This document shows, one piece after another, positions 35,711-44,560 of a stretch of DNA of 62,945 nucleotides. The stretch comes from Candidatus Omnitrophota bacterium. GTDB taxonomy: Bacteria; Omnitrophota; Gorgyraeia; 2-01-FULL-45-10. Position 1 is the stretch's first letter. Every line of letters begins with the position of its first letter. The notes beneath the pieces were generated by a model that ran no database searches, had not been told where the DNA came from, and saw nothing but the letters and a program-made list of their open reading frames with translations. A program made the translations under genes and the position numbers. The stretch covers positions 1 to 62,945 of the forward strand of contig JBAZKH010000009.1 of the NCBI GenBank assembly GCA_041650935.1, in the 5' to 3' direction.

Positions 35711-36997
35711 ATGGCACGATGGCATTTTGATTTATCGAATATTGATCAACCACCGGTAAAACAGGCGGTAACCTCTTTCTATGGGATGGGGATAGCGCCG
35801 AAAATTTTAGAGATACTTAATAAACTGAACTTTACCATACCGACGCCTATCCAGCATAAAGCGATCCCCATAGCGATAGGCGGTAAGGATACTATCGGCG
35901 TGGCCCAGACCGGCACAGGGAAGACGCTTGCGTTCGCTATACCTATTATCCAGCGCCTGGCGCAGGATAAGGGGCGCGCGCTTGTGCTTGTTCCCACGCG
36001 GGAACTTGCCATACAAGTGGATGAGACATTCCGAAAACTTGCTCCGGTCTTTAATATCCGGACGGCTGTCCTGATAGGCGGGGCGTCGATGCAGCTTCAA
36101 CTGCAGGCACTGAGGAAGGTCCCGCGTATAATAATAGCAACCCCCGGGCGGCTGACGGACCATATAGAAAACCACTCTATCATCCTGGCGGATGTTAAGG
36201 TGCTTGTCCTCGACGAAGCCGACCGGATGCTCGATATGGGATTCAAGCCGCAGATCGAAAGGATCCTTAAAGTTATCCCTCGTGACAGGCAGACGATGCT
36301 CTTTTCCGCGACAATGCCGAACGAGATTTTTCAGATAGCGGCCGCGCATATGAAGCTGCCGGTGCACGTGGAGGTGGCGCCTTCCGGTACGACGGCCGAG
36401 CGGGTCATACAGGAGCTATTCATAGTTAAAAAAGACGCAAAACGGCAGCTTCTCGTAAAATTGCTCGAGCAGTATCATGGGTCGGTCCTTCTTTTTTCGA
36501 GAACGAAGATCGGCGCGCGCAAGATTACCAGGTTCCTGCGCATGGCGGGACATAACGTCGCGGAGATACATTCGGATCGCTCGCTTGGCCAGCGCAAGGA
36601 AGCGCTGGACGGGTTCAAGACCGGTAGATACCGCATACTCGTAGCAACGGATATCGCGTCCCGCGGCATCGATGTTGCCGAGATAGAACTTGTCATAAAT
36701 TATGACCTTCCGGAAGAGCCGGAAAATTACGTCCATAGGATCGGACGTACCGCGCGCGCAGGATGCGAAGGACGCGCGATCTCGTTTGCCACCCCGGAGC
36801 AGAGGGACGACGTAAAGAATATAGAGCGGATTATCAAGACGGCCCTGCCGGTCTCCAGGCATCCCGAATTCGCGGCAGAAAATTTTATCACGGGCCCTGC
36901 CCCGTCAAGAAGTTTTCAGCCGCATGGCAGCAGGCAGCGCGGGCAGCATGATAAATCCCGTCATTTCGGCAGGCGTTTTCATCGCGGGCAAAAGTAG
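35711..36997 (+). CDS. DEAD-box ATP-dependent RNA helicase (RhlE-like)
   Basis: Q-motif, AQTGTGKT, DEAD, SAT, HRIGRTAR and a basic C-terminal tail. Confidence 0.93.
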   Translation: MARWHFDLSNIDQPPVKQAVTSFYGMGIAPKILEILNKLNFTIPTPIQHKAIPIAIGGKDTIGVAQTGTGKTLAFAIPIIQRLAQDKGRALVLVPTRELAIQVDETFRKLAPVFNIRTAVLIGGASMQLQLQALRKVPRIIIATPGRLTDHIENHSIILADVKVLVLDEADRMLDMGFKPQIERILKVIPRDRQTMLFSATMPNEIFQIAAAHMKLPVHVEVAPSGTTAERVIQELFIVKKDAKRQLLVKLLEQYHGSVLLFSRTKIGARKITRFLRMAGHNVAEIHSDRSLGQRKEALDGFKTGRYRILVATDIASRGIDVAEIELVINYDLPEEPENYVHRIGRTARAGCEGRAISFATPEQRDDVKNIERIIKTALPVSRHPEFAAENFITGPAPSRSFQPHGSRQRGQHDKSRHFGRRFHRGQK

Positions 36998-36998
36998 C

Positions 36999-37439
36999 GT
37001 GAAATACACACAGGCAAAACTGGGAAGATTGTTTGTATTAAAGTTCGACGACGGCGATATAATGCTCGATAAGTTAAGAGCTTTTGCCAGGCAAAAGAAG
37101 CTGAAGGCCGCGTTAATAGTCTTTATAGGCGCGCTAAAGAAAGGCGATCTCGTAACAGGCCCTAAAAAGCCCGTTATACCGCCCATTCCAAATACAGTCG
37201 GCTTCAAAGACGCATGGGAAACGCTGGGTATCGGCACCGTATTCACAAATCCGAAAGGACCGCAGATACATATCCACGGCGCTATGGGGAAAAAGCTGAA
37301 GACGCTAACCGGATGCGTTCGTGGAAAATCGGAAGTCTTCCTGGTCGTGGAAGCGGTCTTATTCGAGTTGAAGGGGGCGAGGGCGGATAAGAATGTTGAC
37401 CCCGTAACGGGATTGAATTTATTAAGGATACTGTCGTAA
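36999..37439 (+). CDS. PPC (DUF296) domain protein
   Basis: 146 aa from GTG 36999, 1 nt after the helicase stop. It has the GRLFVLKFDDGD...IHIHG pattern of the PPC fold. The track start at 36924 would overlap the helicase by 74 nt. Confidence 0.6.
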   Translation: MKYTQAKLGRLFVLKFDDGDIMLDKLRAFARQKKLKAALIVFIGALKKGDLVTGPKKPVIPPIPNTVGFKDAWETLGIGTVFTNPKGPQIHIHGAMGKKLKTLTGCVRGKSEVFLVVEAVLFELKGARADKNVDPVTGLNLLRILS

Positions 37440-37469
37440 GGATACATTAAGCGCAGGAGGACGGTGAAT

Positions 37470-38048
37470 ATGCCAAAGTCGATCAAGGGGACCAGGACAG
37501 AGAAGAATCTTTTAGCCTCTTTTGCCGGCGAGTCTCAGGCCAGGAACAGATATACCTATTTTGCGAGTGCCGCCAGGAAAGAAGGGTACGAGCAGATCGC
37601 AAATATATTTATCGAAACCGCCGAGAACGAAAAGGAACATGCCAAGGTATTTTTCAAGTACCTGGAAGGCGGGGAAGTTGAGATAACGGCTTCTTATCCG
37701 GCAGGGATGATAGAGGATACAAAGTCCAATTTAGAACATGCAGCCGCCGGAGAAAAATTGGAGTGGTCGGTCCTTTATTCGAGTTTTGCAAAGATAGCCG
37801 GGGACGAGGGTTTTGCCGATATAGCGCAGTCTTTCGACGAAATATCGAAGGTTGAAAAATTCCATGAGGCGCGGTACAGGCGGCTAATCGCCAATATAAA
37901 AGGCGGCGAAGTATTCAAGAAGAAGACGGCTATAAAATGGCATTGTATAAATTGCGGATATGTCTTCGAAGGCGCCGAGGCGCCGGCGGAGTGTCCCGCA
38001 TGCAGGCATCCGCAGAGCTTCTATGAGATACTAGCCGAAAATTATTAG
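37470..38048 (+). CDS. rbr: rubrerythrin
   Basis: Ferritin-like di-iron ExxH motifs (ENEKEHA, KVEKFHE) plus a C-terminal rubredoxin CINCG...CPAC. AGGAGG lies 9 nt upstream of ATG 37470. Confidence 0.9.
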   Translation: MPKSIKGTRTEKNLLASFAGESQARNRYTYFASAARKEGYEQIANIFIETAENEKEHAKVFFKYLEGGEVEITASYPAGMIEDTKSNLEHAAAGEKLEWSVLYSSFAKIAGDEGFADIAQSFDEISKVEKFHEARYRRLIANIKGGEVFKKKTAIKWHCINCGYVFEGAEAPAECPACRHPQSFYEILAENY

Positions 38049-38057
38049 GATCATACT

Positions 38058-38357
38058 ATGAAATCAGCCACGAAATACTTTGCGCTTAAAATAATAATAT
38101 CGGCAGTATTATTATCTATCCCTTTATCCGCCGGAGCTTCGGAAGATAAGGGATGGTATCCTATGATCGATAGCAAGGGATGGTATCCGTTCGAGGGCCA
38201 GGGCGGTTCCGGTTCATCTTCTTCCTCGTCAGAGGAATCGAAGGGCTCTTTCGACCAGAATACTAAAACGCAAGCACAAACTCAAACACAACAGACTACA
38301 ACAACGCCGGAATCGACTTCCGCCCAATCTAGTCCGACAGGCCTGTCAAAATTTTAA
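38058..38357 (+). CDS. secreted low-complexity (Ser/Thr/Gln-rich) protein
   Basis: 99 aa with a signal peptide, a duplicated KGWYP motif and an S/T/Q-rich tail. Confidence 0.45.
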   Translation: MKSATKYFALKIIISAVLLSIPLSAGASEDKGWYPMIDSKGWYPFEGQGGSGSSSSSSEESKGSFDQNTKTQAQTQTQQTTTTPESTSAQSSPTGLSKF

Positions 38358-38379
38358 TTTTATACTCGAAAAGCCGGTC

Positions 38380-38580
38380 TTATTCGGCGTCATCAAAATC
38401 GACTTTGCTTTGGTGATCGTCTTCCATAGGTTTGGCGTATTCATCCAGGTCCTCTTCGGTGCGGAAGGACGGCTTAGATTTTTTCTTATTATTTTCTTTC
38501 CGCCGTTTTTTATCTCCCATCCTTGCCCATGCGAAGAAACCGATCCAGAGAGCGGATACAACTATAATAATAGTCCACAT
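38380..38580 (-). CDS. small single-pass membrane protein with a charged tail
   Basis: 66 aa starting MWTIIIVVSALWIGFFAWA, followed by a K/R/E/D-rich tail. Convergent with the previous gene. Confidence 0.4.
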   Translation of the reverse strand: MWTIIIVVSALWIGFFAWARMGDKKRRKENNKKKSKPSFRTEEDLDEYAKPMEDDHQSKVDFDDAE

Positions 38581-38752
38581 ATCGATACCTCCAGATAAAA
38601 GGATACATTGTAAGCGGCCATTTGGCAAGCGGCAATAAGGAAAATTATACGGATAGGGCCTGTTTCACCCGTGCCGGATGACGAGGCGGAAAGGGAACTT
38701 TTTCGATTCCCCGCATGTCTAAATAGATTGACGATCGAAAATAAGGGCTTAC

Positions 38753-39313
38753 ATGCAGGATATAATAACCGATGAAGTTTTAGCAAAAGCGGCAGAAGGC
38801 GATATTGCGGCTTTTGAGAGTATCTATAAAGCCACGTCGGGCTTTGTCTATAATGTGGCCTACCGCGTAGTCTATAACGCTCACGATGCGGAAGAGATCA
38901 CGCAGGAGGTATTTTTGAAGGTCTATAAAGGATTGAAGAATTTCAGGAAACAATCGTCGCTCAAGACATGGATATACCGGATAGCCGCCAATAGCGCTAT
39001 CAACTATGCTAAAAAAACAGCGGGCGAAAGCAGGAGAAGAGACGATTTCCGCAGTGCCGTCGATCTCCGGCAGGTTCCGGCCGGTACGGCGGCAGGTACG
39101 CCCCGGCGCTATGAAGAGGCTATAGAGATGCTTTTAAAGGTGCTTAATCCAGACCAGAGACTTTGCGTTGTCTTAAGAAGTATCGAGGGTTTAAGTTACC
39201 GGGAGATAGCAAGGACGCTAAAAGTAAATATTAATACGATTCGCTCGAGGCTTAAGAGAGCCAGGAGCAAATTGATAACGGTGAGGAAAGAGGTGGTGGG
39301 GGATGAAATGTAG
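38753..39313 (+). CDS. ECF-type RNA polymerase sigma-70 family factor
   Basis: 186 aa with a region 2 (EEITQEVFLKVYK...WIYRIA) and region 4 HTH (LSYREIARTLKVNINTIRSRL). Confidence 0.9.
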   Translation: MQDIITDEVLAKAAEGDIAAFESIYKATSGFVYNVAYRVVYNAHDAEEITQEVFLKVYKGLKNFRKQSSLKTWIYRIAANSAINYAKKTAGESRRRDDFRSAVDLRQVPAGTAAGTPRRYEEAIEMLLKVLNPDQRLCVVLRSIEGLSYREIARTLKVNINTIRSRLKRARSKLITVRKEVVGDEM

Positions 39314-39800
39314 AGCCTGTCGCGAAGAGATGCTTACGGGTTACCTTGACGGGGAGATGGATAGGAGAAAGAGAAACTGCCTCGAAGAACACCTGGCCCG
39401 GTGCGCGGAATGCAGAAAATTTTTGGAAGAGGCAAAGAAAACGGGGCCGGAATTATTCAGGAATACCGTGAGATCCGATCCGCCGGAATACCTGTGGCGG
39501 CGGATAAGAGAGACTATCCTGACGGAGCGGGAAGAGAGCAAGTCTTCCGCGGCCGGTATCTTCGAAAGAATCAGGATATTTTCGTATATCCCTAAGCCGG
39601 CTCTTGCTCTTGCGGTGGTGATAACGCTTATATTGATCGTCGGTACGACGGCGCGGATAGGCGTGAAGAGCCAAAGCGGTCTGGACCCGGCCATTCAGGA
39701 ACAGATGGGATATTTCTATTACCTGTCGGACTCCTCCGGTGACGTTTCATCGAACGGGAGCTTGGGGTTCGGGACGCAGGTCGAAAAATATTTTATGTGA
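39303..39800 (+). CDS. anti-sigma factor (zf-HC2 type), single TM
   Basis: N-terminal C-x2-C ... H-x3-C-x2-C (CRACREE...HLARCAECRKF) and a central TM. It overlaps the sigma gene by 11 nt. Confidence 0.8.
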   Translation: MKCRACREEMLTGYLDGEMDRRKRNCLEEHLARCAECRKFLEEAKKTGPELFRNTVRSDPPEYLWRRIRETILTEREESKSSAAGIFERIRIFSYIPKPALALAVVITLILIVGTTARIGVKSQSGLDPAIQEQMGYFYYLSDSSGDVSSNGSLGFGTQVEKYFM

Positions 39801-39821
39801 CAAACCGGGAGGGGTGATTTT

Positions 39822-40286
39822 ATGAATACAGGGAAAATTATAGCGTTGCTGGTTACGGCAGTGTTTATCCTGTCGTCCGGAGCCGGTTATGTGTATGCCG
39901 GAGGCAAAGAGGAAGAATGCGGAAAAGCGTTTAAGGCGCGGATGGAGGAGCGGATAGAAAAGATTTATAAGGAGATCAATGTAACGGCGGAGCAGAGGAA
40001 AAAGCTGGAAGAAAACAAGAATAAGATCCACGAGGACGCAAAAGCGCTCCATGACCGGATAAAGGCGAAGAGAGACGTGATCCGCGCAGAGCTTCAGAAG
40101 ACAGAGTTGAATATGGCCAAGATCACGCAAACCAATAATGAGCTCAAGGTACTTGAGGTAATGATGATGGACCAGAGGCTTGCGGGCATACTGGCGGTGC
40201 GGAAGATATTATCGCCCGAACAGTTCAGGAAATTTTCGCAAAAATTGGAAGAAGGCGGGAAACATTTTAAGGAGAAACAGGATTGA
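39822..40286 (+). CDS. periplasmic Spy/CpxP-family (LTxxQ-repeat) protein
   Basis: 154 aa with a signal peptide and two (L/V)-(T/S)-x-E-Q motifs (VTAEQRKKL, LSPEQFRKF). Helical and K/E-rich. Confidence 0.6.
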   Translation: MNTGKIIALLVTAVFILSSGAGYVYAGGKEEECGKAFKARMEERIEKIYKEINVTAEQRKKLEENKNKIHEDAKALHDRIKAKRDVIRAELQKTELNMAKITQTNNELKVLEVMMMDQRLAGILAVRKILSPEQFRKFSQKLEEGGKHFKEKQD

Positions 40287-40320
40287 CAAAACGGCAAAGG
40301 AAACGGATAATCTTAATTAT

Positions 40321-41625
40321 ATGAGGCTTGTCTTAGCAGTGCTTTTGCTTCTTGCTCTTCCTGCCGTACCGGCCGGGGCGGAGGAGAGTCTTGTCTGGAA
40401 CGATTGCGTCAAAGAGGCAAAGCGCCAGCACCCCGACCTGCTCTCGGCTTTCGAGAAGGTAAAGCAGAATAAGGCCGCCAAAGAAGTTACTAGGAGCGCA
40501 ACACTGCCTCAACTAACCGGGAACCTGAGCGAGACTACCAATAAGAACGCGGATCTTACAACAACCGGGGGCGGGACGATAAGCACCGCTTCGGCTAAAC
40601 GCGAAAATCCCGCGAAGACCACGTATGAATACGATATAACAGGCCAGCAATTACTTTTCGATGGGTTCAAGACCTCTTACAATCTCTCCGCCGCCGAAAG
40701 GACCATATCGTCTTCGCGGTATAATTACGATGTCACATCATCCAATATAAGGTTGAATTTAAGGACAGCCTTTGCGAATCTGTTGAGCGCGCAGGAGCTT
40801 TTGAGGGTGACCGAAGAGATCGAAGGCCGACGCAAACAAAACCTCGAACTTGTTAAGCTGCGCTACGAAGGCGGCCGCGAACACAGGGGGTCGCTCCTTA
40901 CCTCCGAAGCCGATCACGCGCAGGCTGTTTATGAAGTGAACCAGGCTAAAAGGAGCATATATCTATCCCAGCGCCGGCTTACAAGGCAATTGGGCCGCTC
41001 GGTCTTTAGCCCTATAATTGCTCAGGGCGGCCTGGAAGTTCAAAACCCGGAACGCATAAGGCCGGACTTCGAAAAACTGGCGGCAGACGCGCCTCTTCTC
41101 CGGCAGCTTATCGCGCAGAAGGAAGCGGCCCGGTTCGGCGTCAAATCCGCCTACGCAGGCCTCTACCCTACTATATATGCCAATGGAAGCCTTGGTAACA
41201 CAAACGTTGACGCCTTCCCGGATAAGAATCAATGGTCCATAGGGACAAGCCTCGCGTTTCCTTTCTTCGACGGCGGCAATACCCTCGCGTCTATCAATAA
41301 AGCGAAAGCGGTCCTGGGCCAGGCCGATGAAGATGAGAGGTCGGGGCGCGACGGCGTCATATTTACGCTCTCCAATACCTGGACGAGCATGCAGGACACG
41401 TTCGAAAACGTGGAGGTCCAGCGGGAGTATTTGAAAGCGACGGAAGAACGCGCTAAAATAGCGAGAGCGCAGTACTCGATAGGGCTCATGTCGTACGATA
41501 ACTGGATAATTATAGAGAATAGTCTCGTCTCGACAAAAAAGAGTTTCGTAACTGCCCAGACCAGCGCCCTGGTCGCGGAAGCTAATTGGATTCAGGCAAA
41601 AGGAGGGACCTTAGACTATGATTAA
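40321..41625 (+). CDS. TolC-family outer-membrane efflux protein
   Basis: 434 aa from MRLVLAVLLLLALPAVPAGA. It shows the duplicated OEP repeat pattern. The track start at 40180 overlaps the upstream gene and lacks a signal peptide. Confidence 0.85.
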   Translation: MRLVLAVLLLLALPAVPAGAEESLVWNDCVKEAKRQHPDLLSAFEKVKQNKAAKEVTRSATLPQLTGNLSETTNKNADLTTTGGGTISTASAKRENPAKTTYEYDITGQQLLFDGFKTSYNLSAAERTISSSRYNYDVTSSNIRLNLRTAFANLLSAQELLRVTEEIEGRRKQNLELVKLRYEGGREHRGSLLTSEADHAQAVYEVNQAKRSIYLSQRRLTRQLGRSVFSPIIAQGGLEVQNPERIRPDFEKLAADAPLLRQLIAQKEAARFGVKSAYAGLYPTIYANGSLGNTNVDAFPDKNQWSIGTSLAFPFFDGGNTLASINKAKAVLGQADEDERSGRDGVIFTLSNTWTSMQDTFENVEVQREYLKATEERAKIARAQYSIGLMSYDNWIIIENSLVSTKKSFVTAQTSALVAEANWIQAKGGTLDYD

Positions 41626-42580
41626 AAAAAAGAGAGGGCGGTTTTATCTTCTCTTATTGTTTATTGCGATCGCGACCGCCGTCTTTCTTTTAGCGAAGTC
41701 GAAAACTCGGCCCGCTGGGGAAAGACCTGCGGAAAGCGCGCCCGTTATAGGCAGTATCCAGTCCGCCATAACTTCGACTGCGACGGTACAGCCGCAGAAC
41801 AGGCTGGAGATAAAGCCTCCGATAAACGGCCGCATAGACGAGATCCTGGTAAAAGAAGGGGAACAGGTAAAGGCGGGCCAGACGCTTGCATGGATGAGTT
41901 CGACCGAGAGAGCGGCGCTTTTGGACGCGGCCAGGGCCCGGGGGCCGGAAGAGATGAAATACTGGCAGGAGGTCTATAAGCCAACGCCGCTTATATCGCC
42001 GATAGACGGTGAAGTCATAGTCTCGACCGATGAGCCTGGGCAGACGGTCACTTCTTCGGAAGCGGTAGTCGTCCTTTCGGATAAGCTGATAGTCCAGGCC
42101 CAGGTCGATGAAACCGATGTCGGCAAGGTAAAGGTAGGCCAGGCGGCGTTTATCTCCCTCGATGCGTATCCCCAGATAAAGGTTAACGGGAAAGTGGACC
42201 ATATATATTATGAATCGACCATAGTTAATAATGTCACTATATACAAGGTCGACATCGTGCCCGAAAACGTGCCGGCGGTATTCCGTTCCGGCATGAGCGC
42301 CACCGTAAATATAATAGAGAATAGCAAGACGGATGTCCTGACCATACCCGCCGAGGCCGTCAAATGGGATAGGGACGGTGCGTATGTATTTATGGCCGGC
42401 CCCTCCGGGAAAAATCCGGTCAAAAGGAGTATAAAAACCGGGTTATCCGACGACAAGAACGTAGAAGTTATTTCCGGATTGAATGAGGGCGACAGGATAC
42501 TGGTCACAAGCCAGAAATATACGGCCGCCGCCGCCAAAACCGAAACCAACCCCTTCATGCCCGCAAGAAGGAAGAAATGA
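41618..42580 (+). CDS. efflux periplasmic adaptor (HlyD/MacA family)
   Basis: 320 aa with an N-terminal anchor, a lipoyl-like motif (VKEGEQVKAGQTLA) and a beta-barrel domain. It overlaps tolC by 8 nt. Confidence 0.85.
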   Translation: MIKKKRGRFYLLLLFIAIATAVFLLAKSKTRPAGERPAESAPVIGSIQSAITSTATVQPQNRLEIKPPINGRIDEILVKEGEQVKAGQTLAWMSSTERAALLDAARARGPEEMKYWQEVYKPTPLISPIDGEVIVSTDEPGQTVTSSEAVVVLSDKLIVQAQVDETDVGKVKVGQAAFISLDAYPQIKVNGKVDHIYYESTIVNNVTIYKVDIVPENVPAVFRSGMSATVNIIENSKTDVLTIPAEAVKWDRDGAYVFMAGPSGKNPVKRSIKTGLSDDKNVEVISGLNEGDRILVTSQKYTAAAAKTETNPFMPARRKK

Positions 42581-44532
42581 TAGAGCTAAAAAATATCAAC
42601 AAGACTTACACCGCGGGCAAAATCGGTGTTGCCGCGGTGCAGGACGTCTCGATCTCCATAAGGTCGGGAGAGTTCGTGGCGATTATGGGGCCATCGGGAT
42701 CCGGCAAATCCACGCTTCTACATCTTCTGGGGTTTCTTGATAAGCCGGATTCGGGAAAATACTATCTTGCCGGTAAAGAAGTTGCGGGCCTTAAAGATAA
42801 CGAGATGGCGCTTCTCAGGAATCATCTTATGGGTTTTGTCTTCCAGCAGTTCCACCTCCTTCCCAGAATAACGTCGCTTGAAAATACGGAACTCCCGCTG
42901 ATATACGCCGGGAAGAGGCACCTTAAGGCGCAGGCGATGGAGAGGATAAAGGAGGTCGGCCTCTTGGATCGCGCTCCTCACCGTCCGAACGAGCTCTCCG
43001 GAGGCGAACAACAGCGCGTGGCTATAGCGCGCGCGCTCGTTAACGATCCGATTATAATATTTGCCGACGAACCGACGGGAAACCTCGATACGAAAAGCCA
43101 GAACGAGATAATGGCCCTCCTGACGGAGCTTAACAAAAAAGGCAAGACTATAGTAATGGTAACACACGAGGAGGAAGTGGCCGAATACGCCGGCCGCGTT
43201 ATCCGGATGCGCGACGGGCGGATAGTGTCGGATAATACGGTAAAAAAAATAGTAGCAGAAGCGCCGGTGAACGTAGATATCGACGCTATATTGCATGGGC
43301 CGGGCGAGAATATAAGGCGCGCCGAGCTCATAGATCATTTTAAGCAGGCCTTCTGGTCGATAGCCTCCCACAAGATGCGTTCGCTCCTTTCCATACTGGG
43401 CATACTGATAGGTGTCGCGGCCGTAATAGCGATGCTGGCGCTGGGGCAGGGCGCTAAAGAGTCGATCAAAAAAACGCTCGCGTCTTTAGGTTCGAACCTT
43501 TTAATGGTGCGCTCAGGTTCGCAGAGATTGCACGGGGTTGCGCTTGAGGCCGGGACCGTGACGAGATTTACCATGCAGGATGCGGATGCGATAGCAAAAC
43601 TGGCGGATGTAAAGCGTATCTCGGCGGCAGTAAGCGGCAGGGCCCAGCTCGTTTACTCCAATAATAATTGGAATACCCAGGTGCAGGGTACGGGAGTCAA
43701 TTACGCAGAAATGCACGCGTCCGTACCTGCCGCAGGACGCTTTTTTACCGAGGACGAAGTGAGGATGCGCGCAAGAGTGGTGGTCGTCGGCGCGACGATC
43801 GTAAGAGAACTTTTTGGCGATGCCAATCCCCTCGAAGCGTTCATAAAAATAAACCGCATAAATTTCAAAGTGATAGGCGTCCTGCCTGAAAAAGGCGCCG
43901 CCATGTTTCATGATCAGGATGATATTGTAGTGATACCGGTGACGACGGCAATGTACCGTCTTCTGGGCAAGCAGTATCTCGATTCGCTCGATGTGGAGGT
44001 AGACGATATAAAAGCCATGGATACCGCGCAGGATGCCATTAAGGATACGATAATCAGGCGTCACCGGCTGAGCGCCGACGACGAAGATTCTTTCGAGATC
44101 AGGAACATGGCCGATATCCAGAAGAGTGTCGAGCAGACTACTAAGACCATGTCGTGGCTCCTGGGCTCGATCGCCGCGATATCGCTCCTGGTCGGGGGTA
44201 TAGGCATAATGAATATAATGCTCGTCTCCGTAACCGAGCGCACAAGAGAGATAGGCCTGCGTAAAGCAATAGGCGCGCGCGAATCCGACATTATGACGCA
44301 ATTCCTTATAGAGTCTGTGACGATGACGTTTACAGGAGGTATTGTAGGGGTGGCGTTCGGCGCCGGCGTAGCAACGTTACTTTCGCTCCTGGCAGGGTGG
44401 ACCATAAAAGTATCGCTCTTTTCAGTCATCCTTGCCACGACGTTCTCGGTGGCCGTAGGACTTGTCTTTGGCCTGTGGCCCGCGCGCCAGGCATCGAAAC
44501 TCGATCCGATAGAGGCGCTGAGGTACGAATAG
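42577..44532 (+). CDS. macB: MacB-type ABC transporter (fused ATPase + FtsX-like permease)
   Basis: Walker A GPSGSGKST, signature LSGGEQQRVAIARAL and a Walker B IIFADEPTGNLD, followed by 4 TM segments with a large periplasmic loop. 4-nt overlap with the adaptor gene. Confidence 0.93.
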   Translation: MIELKNINKTYTAGKIGVAAVQDVSISIRSGEFVAIMGPSGSGKSTLLHLLGFLDKPDSGKYYLAGKEVAGLKDNEMALLRNHLMGFVFQQFHLLPRITSLENTELPLIYAGKRHLKAQAMERIKEVGLLDRAPHRPNELSGGEQQRVAIARALVNDPIIIFADEPTGNLDTKSQNEIMALLTELNKKGKTIVMVTHEEEVAEYAGRVIRMRDGRIVSDNTVKKIVAEAPVNVDIDAILHGPGENIRRAELIDHFKQAFWSIASHKMRSLLSILGILIGVAAVIAMLALGQGAKESIKKTLASLGSNLLMVRSGSQRLHGVALEAGTVTRFTMQDADAIAKLADVKRISAAVSGRAQLVYSNNNWNTQVQGTGVNYAEMHASVPAAGRFFTEDEVRMRARVVVVGATIVRELFGDANPLEAFIKINRINFKVIGVLPEKGAAMFHDQDDIVVIPVTTAMYRLLGKQYLDSLDVEVDDIKAMDTAQDAIKDTIIRRHRLSADDEDSFEIRNMADIQKSVEQTTKTMSWLLGSIAAISLLVGGIGIMNIMLVSVTERTREIGLRKAIGARESDIMTQFLIESVTMTFTGGIVGVAFGAGVATLLSLLAGWTIKVSLFSVILATTFSVAVGLVFGLWPARQASKLDPIEALRYE

Positions 44533-44560
44533 CAATAAGAAAGATCTTTAGTAGATACTT

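Noticed and set aside
40180-40320. Track start (40180) for the TolC-family gene, and likewise 3349 for rsmI, 19881 for csp, 21937 for the thioredoxin-like gene, 36924 for the PPC protein and 47546 for the permease
   Set aside because: The extensions overlap upstream genes or structured elements and lack an SD. Internal starts give canonical N-termini (signal peptide or conserved first motif) with good SDs.
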